Part shown: positions 1 to 8,385 of the stretch, piece by piece | Layout: each line of letters starts with the position of its first letter | How positions within the stretch are numbered: the first letter of the stretch is position 1 | Source of the DNA: a virus | IMG/VR virus record: IMGVR_UViG_3300020045_003852 | Span: 16,015 to 80,014 of that record | DNA length: 64,000 bases | Strand: one strand, 5' to 3' | Program-made: the position numbers and the translations under genes | The notes under the pieces: generated by a model | What the model saw: the letters and a program-made list of their open reading frames with translations, nothing else | Database searches by the model: none | Told to the model about the DNA's origin: nothing

Positions 1-107
1 AGCTTGGCCCTTATTGCAGTTTCTGTCCTTCCAAGACTATTCGTGCAACATTTAAGTCAAGAGGATTCAGTAGTGTCAAGTATTGTTGCGATGAACACAG
101 AAAGTTG

Positions 108-137
108 TTGACAGAATATGAGCAAAAGATGTATGGT
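108..137 (+). promoter_or_regulatory. sigma70-like promoter
   Basis: TTGACA-18-TATGGT upstream of the SD/ATG at 199. Confidence 0.5.
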
Positions 138-198
138 GTTGAGGATTACTATACAGAAGCAGATTACCAAACATGGTTTAAACTTTAAGGAGAACAAC

Positions 199-495
199 AT
201 GGACAATTGCCCTGAATGTGGAAGGATGACTTCCGATGGACTTGCTAAATCTGCTGAAAAATACAAGTCTCGCCCTATCTTCGGAACTGATTTGAGCAAG
301 AAAAAGAGTGAAGTTGTTACAGAAGCTCGAAACAGGATTGAATCCGCTCGTGGTGTTCTTGATGACTTTCAATTCGCGTATCCACAATGGAAAGAACGTG
401 TGCGCCATGTTGAAGGGCTACTCACTTGCGGGCTTGTTGCATTGTACAATGCCATTGAAGAACTTGAGAAGTATGAGAAAGGAGAATTCAAGTGA
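199..495 (+). CDS. hypothetical protein (N-terminal CxxC)
   Basis: ORF; AAGGAG SD favours ATG 199 over 118. Confidence 0.7.
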   Translation: MDNCPECGRMTSDGLAKSAEKYKSRPIFGTDLSKKKSEVVTEARNRIESARGVLDDFQFAYPQWKERVRHVEGLLTCGLVALYNAIEELEKYEKGEFK

Positions 496-746
496 ATGTT
501 TCAGAAGATGTATATAGTAGACTCCTCCAAACAAGCATCAACATGCAACGTAAAATTGCCACAATGAAACAACACATGAAAGTGCTTGCTGTATTCTCAG
601 TAGACATGTTGTTGCAAAGCAGTAGCCAACTCTATGCAGATTATCCAGAAGTTGTAGAATGGGCTAGTGAAAACTCTGATATAATCCAAGAGGGAAATGA
701 AGTGCAGAAGGCTCTTAATTATGTTGTATCTTTGGAGAACAAGTGA
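492..746 (+). CDS. hypothetical protein
   Basis: ORF with SD, translationally coupled (GTGA overlap). Confidence 0.7.
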   Translation: MNVSEDVYSRLLQTSINMQRKIATMKQHMKVLAVFSVDMLLQSSSQLYADYPEVVEWASENSDIIQEGNEVQKALNYVVSLENK

Positions 747-1345
747 TGAAATGGCTTATTATTCTCCCTCTACATATTATTGTTAATGTGATAGCCTATC
801 TGTTTGCTTGGCTATTTGCATTCTACACAAAGTATGGGCATGGCCCAATTGACAATGGTAATTCAGAAGGCTATGGCCCAAGGCTACCTAATTGGCTATC
901 TTGGTTTCAAACTGTAGATAATTCCCTATATGGGGATAGAGCATGGCAAGACATGCAGGAAGGCCATTGGTCTTGGCGAACTAAGTTGTATGGCTACCCT
1001 ACTATCCAATCTTACTTCGGAAGGCTTGGGTGGCTTCTACGTAACCCTGGGCAGGGCTTTGAGAGGACATCCTATGTTGTTGCCAACATTCAGACAGATG
1101 CTGTTGTTAGAACCTATGGCAATCCCTTTATTAAGGATAAGCCAAATGGTGTACATGGTTATTGTGTAACAATCATTGACAACTACTGGGGCTTCTATGC
1201 TATAATTCCATTGTGGAAAGGACGATGCATGAAAGTGAAACTTGGCTGGAATCTTAAGACATATTCAGAGAACACATACAAAGTATTAACTAATCCAACA
1301 GCACCATTTGTTTTAACTGTATCATTTCCATCTTTTGTTGCATAA
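743..1345 (+). CDS. phage membrane-anchored hypothetical protein
   Basis: N-terminal hydrophobic helix; WLSWFQTxDNSLxGD and WLLRNP motifs. Confidence 0.7.
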   Translation: MMKWLIILPLHIIVNVIAYLFAWLFAFYTKYGHGPIDNGNSEGYGPRLPNWLSWFQTVDNSLYGDRAWQDMQEGHWSWRTKLYGYPTIQSYFGRLGWLLRNPGQGFERTSYVVANIQTDAVVRTYGNPFIKDKPNGVHGYCVTIIDNYWGFYAIIPLWKGRCMKVKLGWNLKTYSENTYKVLTNPTAPFVLTVSFPSFVA

Positions 1346-1366
1346 ATTCTATAAAGGGAATAACAC

Positions 1367-1591
1367 ATGAATAATATTAGCAAGAAGGTTTTTATTGAGA
1401 ATGCTACAGGTAAGCGTTTCTTTGTTATTAATAAGGCTGAAGACAAGTCATGGGGCGAGGTGTACTCTCCCTATGTTATTATTTATACAAGCCTCGGAGT
1501 AGACACTGAACAGTGGTATTCAATGAATGCCTACTACTTCTACCAAGACTTCGTAGAAGTAGTAGGCGACGACTTCACTGAGGCTGAATAA
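1367..1591 (+). CDS. hypothetical protein
   Basis: ORF with SD. Confidence 0.65.
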   Translation: MNNISKKVFIENATGKRFFVINKAEDKSWGEVYSPYVIIYTSLGVDTEQWYSMNAYYFYQDFVEVVGDDFTEAE

Positions 1592-1592
1592 T

Positions 1593-1802
1593 ATGGAAAC
1601 TAATAAGCCTACTGTCCGGTATAACCCCAGTGGTGTTGTCTATATTAAAGTGGGAGAGGTGGCAACAGTTAACGCTATAGATCACCCAAGCTTTAGTTAT
1701 GGACAATTACTTTGGACATCTTATGTTATTAACTATGACGAGGATTCTGGGGTATTTGAAACATGGAATATAGTTTATGTACCTGCTAAAGTGGAGAATT
1801 GA
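1593..1802 (+). CDS. hypothetical protein
   Basis: ORF in tightly packed operon. Confidence 0.65.
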   Translation: METNKPTVRYNPSGVVYIKVGEVATVNAIDHPSFSYGQLLWTSYVINYDEDSGVFETWNIVYVPAKVEN

Positions 1803-1805
1803 AAT

Positions 1806-2075
1806 ATGAAAGTTATTGGAATTCAAGACCGAGATAATTACTTGGCTATTATCAGCCATACAGAACTTGAAAAGTCCGCCAACCTCTATTATGGCAATAT
1901 GAAGAGACTTGAGGTTGGGGATACTGTTGACCTTGGGCAAGGATATAACTTCTCTAGTAAAATTGAGGGTGTCTGTAAAGATATGCTTGATGCGATGAAA
2001 TCTTTCGAGGCAGCGAAAGCAACACTTATGGCATTTGCTGTAATGGTAGCAGAAAGCAAAGTGGAACAACAATGA
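1806..2075 (+). CDS. hypothetical protein
   Basis: ORF with GGAG SD. Confidence 0.7.
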   Translation: MKVIGIQDRDNYLAIISHTELEKSANLYYGNMKRLEVGDTVDLGQGYNFSSKIEGVCKDMLDAMKSFEAAKATLMAFAVMVAESKVEQQ

Positions 2076-2230
2076 GTGTATGTAAATATTGCGAAAGGCC
2101 ACTTAATGTCGATTTTGAAGATATTGGTATCTGCTCAAAGTGTTTAGATGCTGGAGATAATGATCTTAATGCAGAAGATGATATTCATTATAATAACATG
2201 TGGGATTTTAAAGTAGAGGATGATTATTAA
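2072..2230 (+). CDS. small zinc-finger protein (52 aa, not in ORF track)
   Basis: Hand translation MSVCKYCERP...ICSKC...; fills the gap and overlaps both neighbours. Confidence 0.65.
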   Translation: MSVCKYCERPLNVDFEDIGICSKCLDAGDNDLNAEDDIHYNNMWDFKVEDDY

Positions 2231-2997
2231 TGGAAGATTATAAAGACGAACAGTTGTGGCTTATGTATGGTGATTGCTTGGAGAGAATGAAGAAGATTCC
2301 AGATAATAAAGTAGATATGATTTTGTGTGATCTTCCTTATGGGACTACTTCTTGTAAATGGGACAGTGTTATTCCTTTTGAACCATTGTGGGAACAGTAT
2401 AATCGTATCTCTAAGCCCAACACAATTATTGCTTTATTTGGTCAAGAACCATTCTCATCTTTTATGAGAATGTCTAATATTGACAACTATAAGTATGATT
2501 GGGTTTGGGACAAGGTAAAGCCCGGTGCCTTCGCTATTGCAAAATATAGACCACTAGGACAGCACGAATTAATTAGTATTTTCTGCCGTGGAAAAGCAAA
2601 CTATAAGCCAATCATGGTCAAGCGGGGGATAGTGAAGAAGTCAAAAATATATGCAAGCAGTGATTCTGCTTCTGTTAAATATAATGATGGAGTAGAACGA
2701 CAATACAGTGAACTCTACCCAAAAACTATACTTACTTACTCTAACGCATCACAAAAAGACAAAGTACATCCGACCCAGAAGCCAATACCCCTTGCGGAGT
2801 ACCTTATTAAGACATACACTGACGAAGGAGAAATTGTGCTAGATAATACATTTGGTTCCTGTACAACAGGTGTGGCCTGTATTAACACGGGACGTAAATT
2901 TATTGGTATCGAAATGGACGAGAACTATTACAATATTGGTAAAGAACGTGTTCTAGCACAGAAGGCGAATCATGGTGTAATTATTGACGTTGCTTAA
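2230..2997 (+). CDS. DNA methyltransferase (N6-adenine/N4-cytosine, beta class)
   Basis: DLPY catalytic motif, HPTQKP, C-terminal DNTFGSCTTG SAM-binding motif. Confidence 0.92.
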   Translation: MEDYKDEQLWLMYGDCLERMKKIPDNKVDMILCDLPYGTTSCKWDSVIPFEPLWEQYNRISKPNTIIALFGQEPFSSFMRMSNIDNYKYDWVWDKVKPGAFAIAKYRPLGQHELISIFCRGKANYKPIMVKRGIVKKSKIYASSDSASVKYNDGVERQYSELYPKTILTYSNASQKDKVHPTQKPIPLAEYLIKTYTDEGEIVLDNTFGSCTTGVACINTGRKFIGIEMDENYYNIGKERVLAQKANHGVIIDVA

Positions 2998-3448
2998 AGT
3001 AATTGCCTTTGTGTGCCTATTGTTATTTCCTTCTAAGATTTCACATAAGCATATGAAGGCATCCTTAAAACAAGCGTATTGCCTCGCTACAGCGATTTAT
3101 AGGGAAAGCCTAAGCGAGGGTATCAATGGAAGGCTTGGAGTCGCTTCCGTAGCGTTAAAACGTGCTTCTTTAGACATTGCTGGGCATTCTGTAGACGTAT
3201 GTAGCGTAATATCTAAGCGAGGACAATTTCCTTGGTGGAATAAAAATCCTTACGTCTTGACAAAAGACGAATTAGGTGATATTCTATATGATGCCCATAT
3301 TATTTTAGAGCAGTATAAAGATGGGACATTTGTCGATGTGACAAATAATTCCACCCACTTTGTTACAAAGGGAACACACAATTATTGGACGCAGAAATTC
3401 AGACACACTGTTACAATTGGGAATTTAGAATTCTATAGGGAGAGATAA
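2984..3448 (+). CDS. SleB/CwlJ-like cell wall hydrolase (Hydrolase_2)
   Basis: CLATAIYRES, VCSVI, GQFPW, DVTNNSTHF, IGNLEFY motifs; hydrophobic N-terminus. Confidence 0.8.
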   Translation: MTLLKVIAFVCLLLFPSKISHKHMKASLKQAYCLATAIYRESLSEGINGRLGVASVALKRASLDIAGHSVDVCSVISKRGQFPWWNKNPYVLTKDELGDILYDAHIILEQYKDGTFVDVTNNSTHFVTKGTHNYWTQKFRHTVTIGNLEFYRER

Positions 3449-3450
3449 TA

Positions 3451-5190
3451 TTGAAAATTGGGAAGAATCCCTGTCCTAAGTGCAGGGAAAAGGGGCATGA
3501 TGAAAAAGGAGATAACTTCTATTACTACGGGGATGGTTTAGGAGGGTATTGCTTCGCATGTTCTCATACGATTTTATCTGACGAGCAGAAGGAGGCCAGA
3601 AATATTGATACAATTGAAGAGGAGGAAGAAGTGTCGACACGAGAACGTATTACAGACGAAGAGAATGCTAAAATTAAATCCTACACTGGAACTGATGGAA
3701 AAGGATTTCGAGGAATTCGTAAAGATATTAATCAATTCTTTGGTGTTCGTTATCAGTATGATGAAGAAACCGGAGAGCCAATTAAAGAGTACGTCCCAAC
3801 AACAATTGATTCAGAGCTTGTAGGCTATAAGACGCGCCTATTCCCGAAGGACTTCTCACAGCCAGTTGGCGTTGTCGGAAAGGACTGTGACCTTGTTGGT
3901 CAATTTCGATTTAAGAATAACAATCATACTTGCTTAATCGTTGGTGGAGAAATTAAGCAACGCGCAGCATACCAAATGCTCGTTGATGACCAAAAGCGTA
4001 GGGGCAAGGAGGACTATGAGTCTATTGCTGTTGTTTCCCCAACTATTGGCGAGTCTGGTGCCTGGAAACAAATTCAGAAGCAATATTCTTGGTTGTCACA
4101 ATTTAAAAAAATTGTAGTTGCGATGGACTCGGATGATGCAGGACAACTTGCAAACGAAGCAATCTGCAAGATTCTTCCTAAAGGTAAGTCATTTATCATG
4201 AAGATGTCCTTCAACGATGCGGACGAGTATATCAAGCATGGAAAAGAACAATCTTTTATCAATGACTTCTGGAAAGCAAAGCAATGGACTCCTTCTGGTA
4301 TTGTGGACAGCGACCAAATCTATAGTGAAATCAAGGAACGTGCAAAAGTTGATAAACTCCCATTCCCACCAATGATGGAAGGTGTTAATAAAGCCCTAGC
4401 AGGGGGCGTGAACTACGGATATATTTGTAACATTCTTGCCGGAAGTGGATCAGGCAAGACCTCTGCAATCAATCAGTGTATTGCATATTGGATGATTGAC
4501 CTTGATCTTAATATTGCTGTGCTGTCTCTTGAGGCTGAAGCAGCGGAGTTTGGTGAAAATCTTCTATCGCACTACATGGGTAAGAAGATTGCACTAATTA
4601 AAGACAAAGAAGAAAGAATTGCTTTTGTAGGAAGTAAGGAAGCAGAAGATGCAGCCAACACATTGTTCAAGCGGGAAGATGGTACAAGCCGCCTATATCT
4701 ACTTGATGATCGTGGGGACTACTCTCAGCTTCAAGAAAAAGTCGAAGAGATGATTATTGCTTGCAACTGTAAAGTAATCTGTATTGATGTTTTATCCGAT
4801 GTGTTTGCAGGGAAGACCATTGAGGAAGTAGATAAGTGGATGGCGTGGGAAAAGAAGATTGTGAAGCAATACGGTGTAATTATTATTAACATCTCTCATG
4901 TTAGAAAGTCTGGTAGTGGAGAGAAGGCTGCTTCGCAAGGTGCATTTCTTACGGAAGAAAGTATTATCGGATCAGGGACACAGTATCGTAGTGCAGGCGT
5001 TAATATTGCTCTACAACGTGATAAAAATAATCCAGACGAGATGATTAAGAATACTACGAGTGTTCATGTGCTAAAGTCGCGCTCGACTGGATGGACAGGG
5101 CTTGCTTGCGAAATGTACTATGATTCTGCTACTCATACATTGTGGGATAAAGTAGAGTATATGTCGACACATGGACCAAGAGACTTCTAG
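3451..5190 (+). CDS. DNA primase-helicase (T7 gp4-like)
   Basis: Zn ribbon CPKC/CFAC, TOPRIM DSDDAG, Walker A AGSGSGKT, SHVRK, KSR. Confidence 0.92.
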   Translation: MKIGKNPCPKCREKGHDEKGDNFYYYGDGLGGYCFACSHTILSDEQKEARNIDTIEEEEEVSTRERITDEENAKIKSYTGTDGKGFRGIRKDINQFFGVRYQYDEETGEPIKEYVPTTIDSELVGYKTRLFPKDFSQPVGVVGKDCDLVGQFRFKNNNHTCLIVGGEIKQRAAYQMLVDDQKRRGKEDYESIAVVSPTIGESGAWKQIQKQYSWLSQFKKIVVAMDSDDAGQLANEAICKILPKGKSFIMKMSFNDADEYIKHGKEQSFINDFWKAKQWTPSGIVDSDQIYSEIKERAKVDKLPFPPMMEGVNKALAGGVNYGYICNILAGSGSGKTSAINQCIAYWMIDLDLNIAVLSLEAEAAEFGENLLSHYMGKKIALIKDKEERIAFVGSKEAEDAANTLFKREDGTSRLYLLDDRGDYSQLQEKVEEMIIACNCKVICIDVLSDVFAGKTIEEVDKWMAWEKKIVKQYGVIIINISHVRKSGSGEKAASQGAFLTEESIIGSGTQYRSAGVNIALQRDKNNPDEMIKNTTSVHVLKSRSTGWTGLACEMYYDSATHTLWDKVEYMSTHGPRDF

Positions 5191-5482
5191 CATGCCTACA
5201 AAGGAATTGCTTCAGCAAATTTACAACAAGCTCCACAATGTCTATTGTGTTCCTACCTCAATATCATACATGAAGGAGTTAAAATTAATGATTGATAATA
5301 CACAACGAGAAAGATGTCACACATTTGATAACGGGATGAATATTCCTGATTGTTATAAATTTAAACTTACCGATGATGAGAGGGCAGAAATTTATAGGCA
5401 GTACAAAGAGGTAGTTGACAACGCTAATCAGGGTACAGAGCATAAGATTGGATGTATCGTAATGCCAGAACAAATTAGTTGA
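5171..5482 (+). CDS. hypothetical protein
   Basis: ORF following the primase gene. Confidence 0.6.
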   Translation: MDQETSSMPTKELLQQIYNKLHNVYCVPTSISYMKELKLMIDNTQRERCHTFDNGMNIPDCYKFKLTDDERAEIYRQYKEVVDNANQGTEHKIGCIVMPEQIS

Positions 5483-5507
5483 CAACACTCCAACTTCTTG
5501 ATAGAAT
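5479..5507 (+). promoter_or_regulatory. sigma70-like promoter
   Basis: TTGACA-17-TAGAAT. Confidence 0.75.
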
Positions 5508-5539
5508 GCATCCACACTAACGAACACAAGGAGAAGATC

Positions 5540-5743
5540 ATGCTTGAGAAAATGTTTAATGTGTGGGATCAACATTTCCACTACGAAATTGGCTCAGATT
5601 GTGATGGGCTTGATATGCTTGAAATTCGCTATTACGATGGACAAGACACAAAGTCCTCTTTAAGAGTCTCATTCACAAAGGAACATGCCAAATTGATTGC
5701 TAAAGCACTTCTTGAACTTGCTGAGGAGAATACAAATGACTAA
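5540..5743 (+). CDS. hypothetical protein
   Basis: AAGGAG SD before ATG 5540. Confidence 0.7.
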   Translation: MLEKMFNVWDQHFHYEIGSDCDGLDMLEIRYYDGQDTKSSLRVSFTKEHAKLIAKALLELAEENTND

Positions 5744-6212
5744 GCATAAATATGCAAAAGGCACGCAAGCAATGCTCGATACAGCAAAGGATGATGCAAC
5801 TAAGTTGCCATTTGACACTGTCTTTATTTACTTTGATGAAGAAGTTGTTCGTGAGGAATATCCTGCATGGGACGACAACTTCAGTGTAAATTTCGTTCTT
5901 GCAGAGGGTGGCTTAGATATTCCAATGCTTTCCTCAGAAGACTTGCTTCCAGCAAAGAAGCCAAAGCAAAAGAAGGACAAGCCTTTGGCTTGGCAGAATG
6001 GGACACAAGCACAGTTAGATAATGCCAAAGATGATGCACGTAAGATTCCTAAGAAGACATATTTTATGTCTAAATACGGAGACACCGACGGAACAAAAGT
6101 CTATCGTGTTGACAATGAATACAACTCAGCAGATGAAGTAATGATGTCAAATGCAAACTTTGAATGTGATTTTCATGCAGCCTTTGATCTGGAGCCTATC
6201 AATGAAAACTAA
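5736..6212 (+). CDS. hypothetical protein with internal duplication
   Basis: GAGGAG SD; GTQAMLDTAKDDATKLP / GTQAQLDNAKDDARKIP repeat. Confidence 0.75.
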   Translation: MTKHKYAKGTQAMLDTAKDDATKLPFDTVFIYFDEEVVREEYPAWDDNFSVNFVLAEGGLDIPMLSSEDLLPAKKPKQKKDKPLAWQNGTQAQLDNAKDDARKIPKKTYFMSKYGDTDGTKVYRVDNEYNSADEVMMSNANFECDFHAAFDLEPINEN

Positions 6213-6351
6213 TCAACCTATCGGAACATACCACATCATTCCACAACGTAGCCCTGTTCCTACTTGGGTAACTACCATGGTGTATGGGTTCTGTGCAGGA
6301 TTTATTGCAGGATACCTCATGAAGATACTCGCTTCCGTGGGATGCTCGTAA
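6202..6351 (+). CDS. small membrane protein
   Basis: GGAG SD; one hydrophobic helix. Confidence 0.55.
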   Translation: MKTNQPIGTYHIIPQRSPVPTWVTTMVYGFCAGFIAGYLMKILASVGCS

Positions 6352-6352
6352 T

Positions 6353-6520
6353 ATGGAAGATACAACAATGTACCTATTCTGCGCAATGTGTGGTAGCCTT
6401 GATAATAACGGCTATGAAATTTGTGAGCATTGTGAAGAAATGCTTGTTGCGGAGCAAACATATGTTGATCCACAATATCTGAATGCTGTAGATTATTGTG
6501 ACTGTTGTGGGAATTCATAA
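6353..6520 (+). CDS. small Cys-rich protein (55 aa, not in ORF track)
   Basis: Hand translation with CAMC, CEHC, CDCC; fills the gap. Confidence 0.55.
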   Translation: MEDTTMYLFCAMCGSLDNNGYEICEHCEEMLVAEQTYVDPQYLNAVDYCDCCGNS

Positions 6521-6532
6521 TAGGAGAATAAT

Positions 6533-6733
6533 ATGCTTACGAGTGAAATGATTAAGGCAACAGGTGTTTCTACATTGGCGTATTCTCTTATTGAGAATGT
6601 ATCAGTGGCAGCATATAAGAACGCAGTAAAGTTATGCCCACTTGGGAAATTTCAAACAGACAGTGTTGCAATTGCTCAATACATTGCCCAATTGGAGAAA
6701 GAAAATGCAACGTACAAAAACTCCACGACATAA
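6533..6733 (+). CDS. hypothetical protein
   Basis: AGGAG SD. Confidence 0.65.
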   Translation: MLTSEMIKATGVSTLAYSLIENVSVAAYKNAVKLCPLGKFQTDSVAIAQYIAQLEKENATYKNSTT

Positions 6734-6863
6734 ATTGTTGAATGACATGCTAAAGCAATGTAAGAATGAGAAGCATGGAGATAAACATGGCAAGCATGTT
6801 TGTAGGGCTAAGGCTGATGTTCAATGTAAGAAGTATTTGAAGGAGGAATTGTATGAACAATAA
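6705..6863 (+). CDS. small basic hypothetical protein
   Basis: GGAG SD before ATG 6705. Confidence 0.55.
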   Translation: MQRTKTPRHKLLNDMLKQCKNEKHGDKHGKHVCRAKADVQCKKYLKEELYEQ

Positions 6864-7065
6864 GATGAAGGAGATTGATGCTGAGTTCAGGCAAATGGAC
6901 TTCTACGCTGAAGCAAATTTGAATGCTCACGATAGACTTCATTATTTGACGTATAAACAAGAACTGCTCAATAGTGATGAATCTTTGGACGATATTCTAT
7001 TGATACTTCATGGATACATTTGGAATACAATTGAGTGCTATTGGGAGGAAGAGGATGAACAATAA
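6853..7065 (+). CDS. hypothetical protein
   Basis: AGGAGG SD. Confidence 0.65.
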   Translation: MNNKMKEIDAEFRQMDFYAEANLNAHDRLHYLTYKQELLNSDESLDDILLILHGYIWNTIECYWEEEDEQ

Positions 7066-7110
7066 CATTCGTATTGAATATCGTGCATCTCTTAATTAAA
7101 GGGAAATTAA

Positions 7111-7398
7111 ATGAAAACTTTTGAGTTTGAAGTTTCTGATGAAGATAGACTAAGTATTAATTTCAGTAGAGATTATGAACATTTTGCATACGGCGTATTC
7201 GATACAAGTTACGAGCAGTATGTTACAAAGAATTATTGTGAAACAGTTGATAGGATTGCAAGGGAGAATCACAACCTTAAACAGGAGGTTATTGGTCTAT
7301 CAATAAGTGTGAATCAATACAGTGAAATTGTTGATATGAAGAATAAGGAAATTGAGTGGTATAGGGCGAATGCTCCTATTAAGTATCATGAACTTTAA
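7111..7398 (+). CDS. hypothetical protein
   Basis: ORF with SD. Confidence 0.65.
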   Translation: MKTFEFEVSDEDRLSINFSRDYEHFAYGVFDTSYEQYVTKNYCETVDRIARENHNLKQEVIGLSISVNQYSEIVDMKNKEIEWYRANAPIKYHEL

Positions 7399-7410
7399 TA
7401 AGGAATAGCC

Positions 7411-7758
7411 ATGTCAAACCAAACGTTGTATTCAGATTACATGAAGCAACATAATGTACCGACTGAGGATGTTGAGTATAGTTGTCGCATTCATCGGGAA
7501 GCAAAGTTGTACGCCAAGGAATATTGTGTTAGTTGGTGGAATGACATGGCAAAGGAAACAGGTTGGATATTGCTTCCACCTGATCTTGCAAAGATTGTGA
7601 TTGAGGATGTTATTGAAGGGTGTAATACTCCTGATGAATGGTTTGAGGAGTATTACGATAAAATGAAGTACATCAACTTTGTAACAGCAAGACTCATAGG
7701 AAAAGGTTTGCTATCTGTAACAGATGCGTACCAAAAGATGTATAATATGAAGGATTGA
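7411..7758 (+). CDS. hypothetical protein
   Basis: AAGGA SD. Confidence 0.65.
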   Translation: MSNQTLYSDYMKQHNVPTEDVEYSCRIHREAKLYAKEYCVSWWNDMAKETGWILLPPDLAKIVIEDVIEGCNTPDEWFEEYYDKMKYINFVTARLIGKGLLSVTDAYQKMYNMKD

Positions 7759-7773
7759 ATTCATACTGAGGAG

Positions 7774-8385
7774 GTGTTGTGGAAGATAAGAAATATATCG
7801 AGGGGCATTGGGTATATGGAAGCTAAAGATTATAACAATATTGTTTGGTCTGATTATTTTGAATATTCTGAGGATAGTCCTAGTGGAGTTGTTTGGAAAA
7901 TTCCCAGGCAATACTTTGGCTATCTAAAATATGATAGAATAGGAACTCCTGTTGGAAGCATTTCAGTTTCAAGAAACACCTCATACTATGCTGTAGGGAT
8001 TTCTTTTGGATCATTTCAAGTACATCGAATTATTTGGTGTTTACTACATGGATCAGTAGACAAAAATTACGATATTGACCACATTGACGGTAACGGATTA
8101 AATAACAAAATAGAAAATCTAAGATGTGTTCCAAAGAGTATCAATAGCAGAAATGTTCCTCTCCGAATTGATAATCAGAGCGGACATTGTGGTGTAACAT
8201 ATCAAACTGCTGAAAACGGAATTGGTGGGTATCGCGCTTGTGTTGTAGATTTGAATGGAAAGAAACATAGGAAATACTTTTCAGACGGAAAATATCCAAA
8301 CTCATTAGAATCCGCTGTATCATGGAGAATATCTAAACTGGAGGAATTGAACAATGCAGGATACACTGAAAGACACGGAACGTAA
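7774..8385 (+). CDS. HNH homing endonuclease (HNH_3 plus AP2-like C-terminus)
   Basis: VHRIIW...DIDHIDGNGLNNKIENLR...NSRN; DNQSGHCGV. Confidence 0.9.
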   Translation: MLWKIRNISRGIGYMEAKDYNNIVWSDYFEYSEDSPSGVVWKIPRQYFGYLKYDRIGTPVGSISVSRNTSYYAVGISFGSFQVHRIIWCLLHGSVDKNYDIDHIDGNGLNNKIENLRCVPKSINSRNVPLRIDNQSGHCGVTYQTAENGIGGYRACVVDLNGKKHRKYFSDGKYPNSLESAVSWRISKLEELNNAGYTERHGT

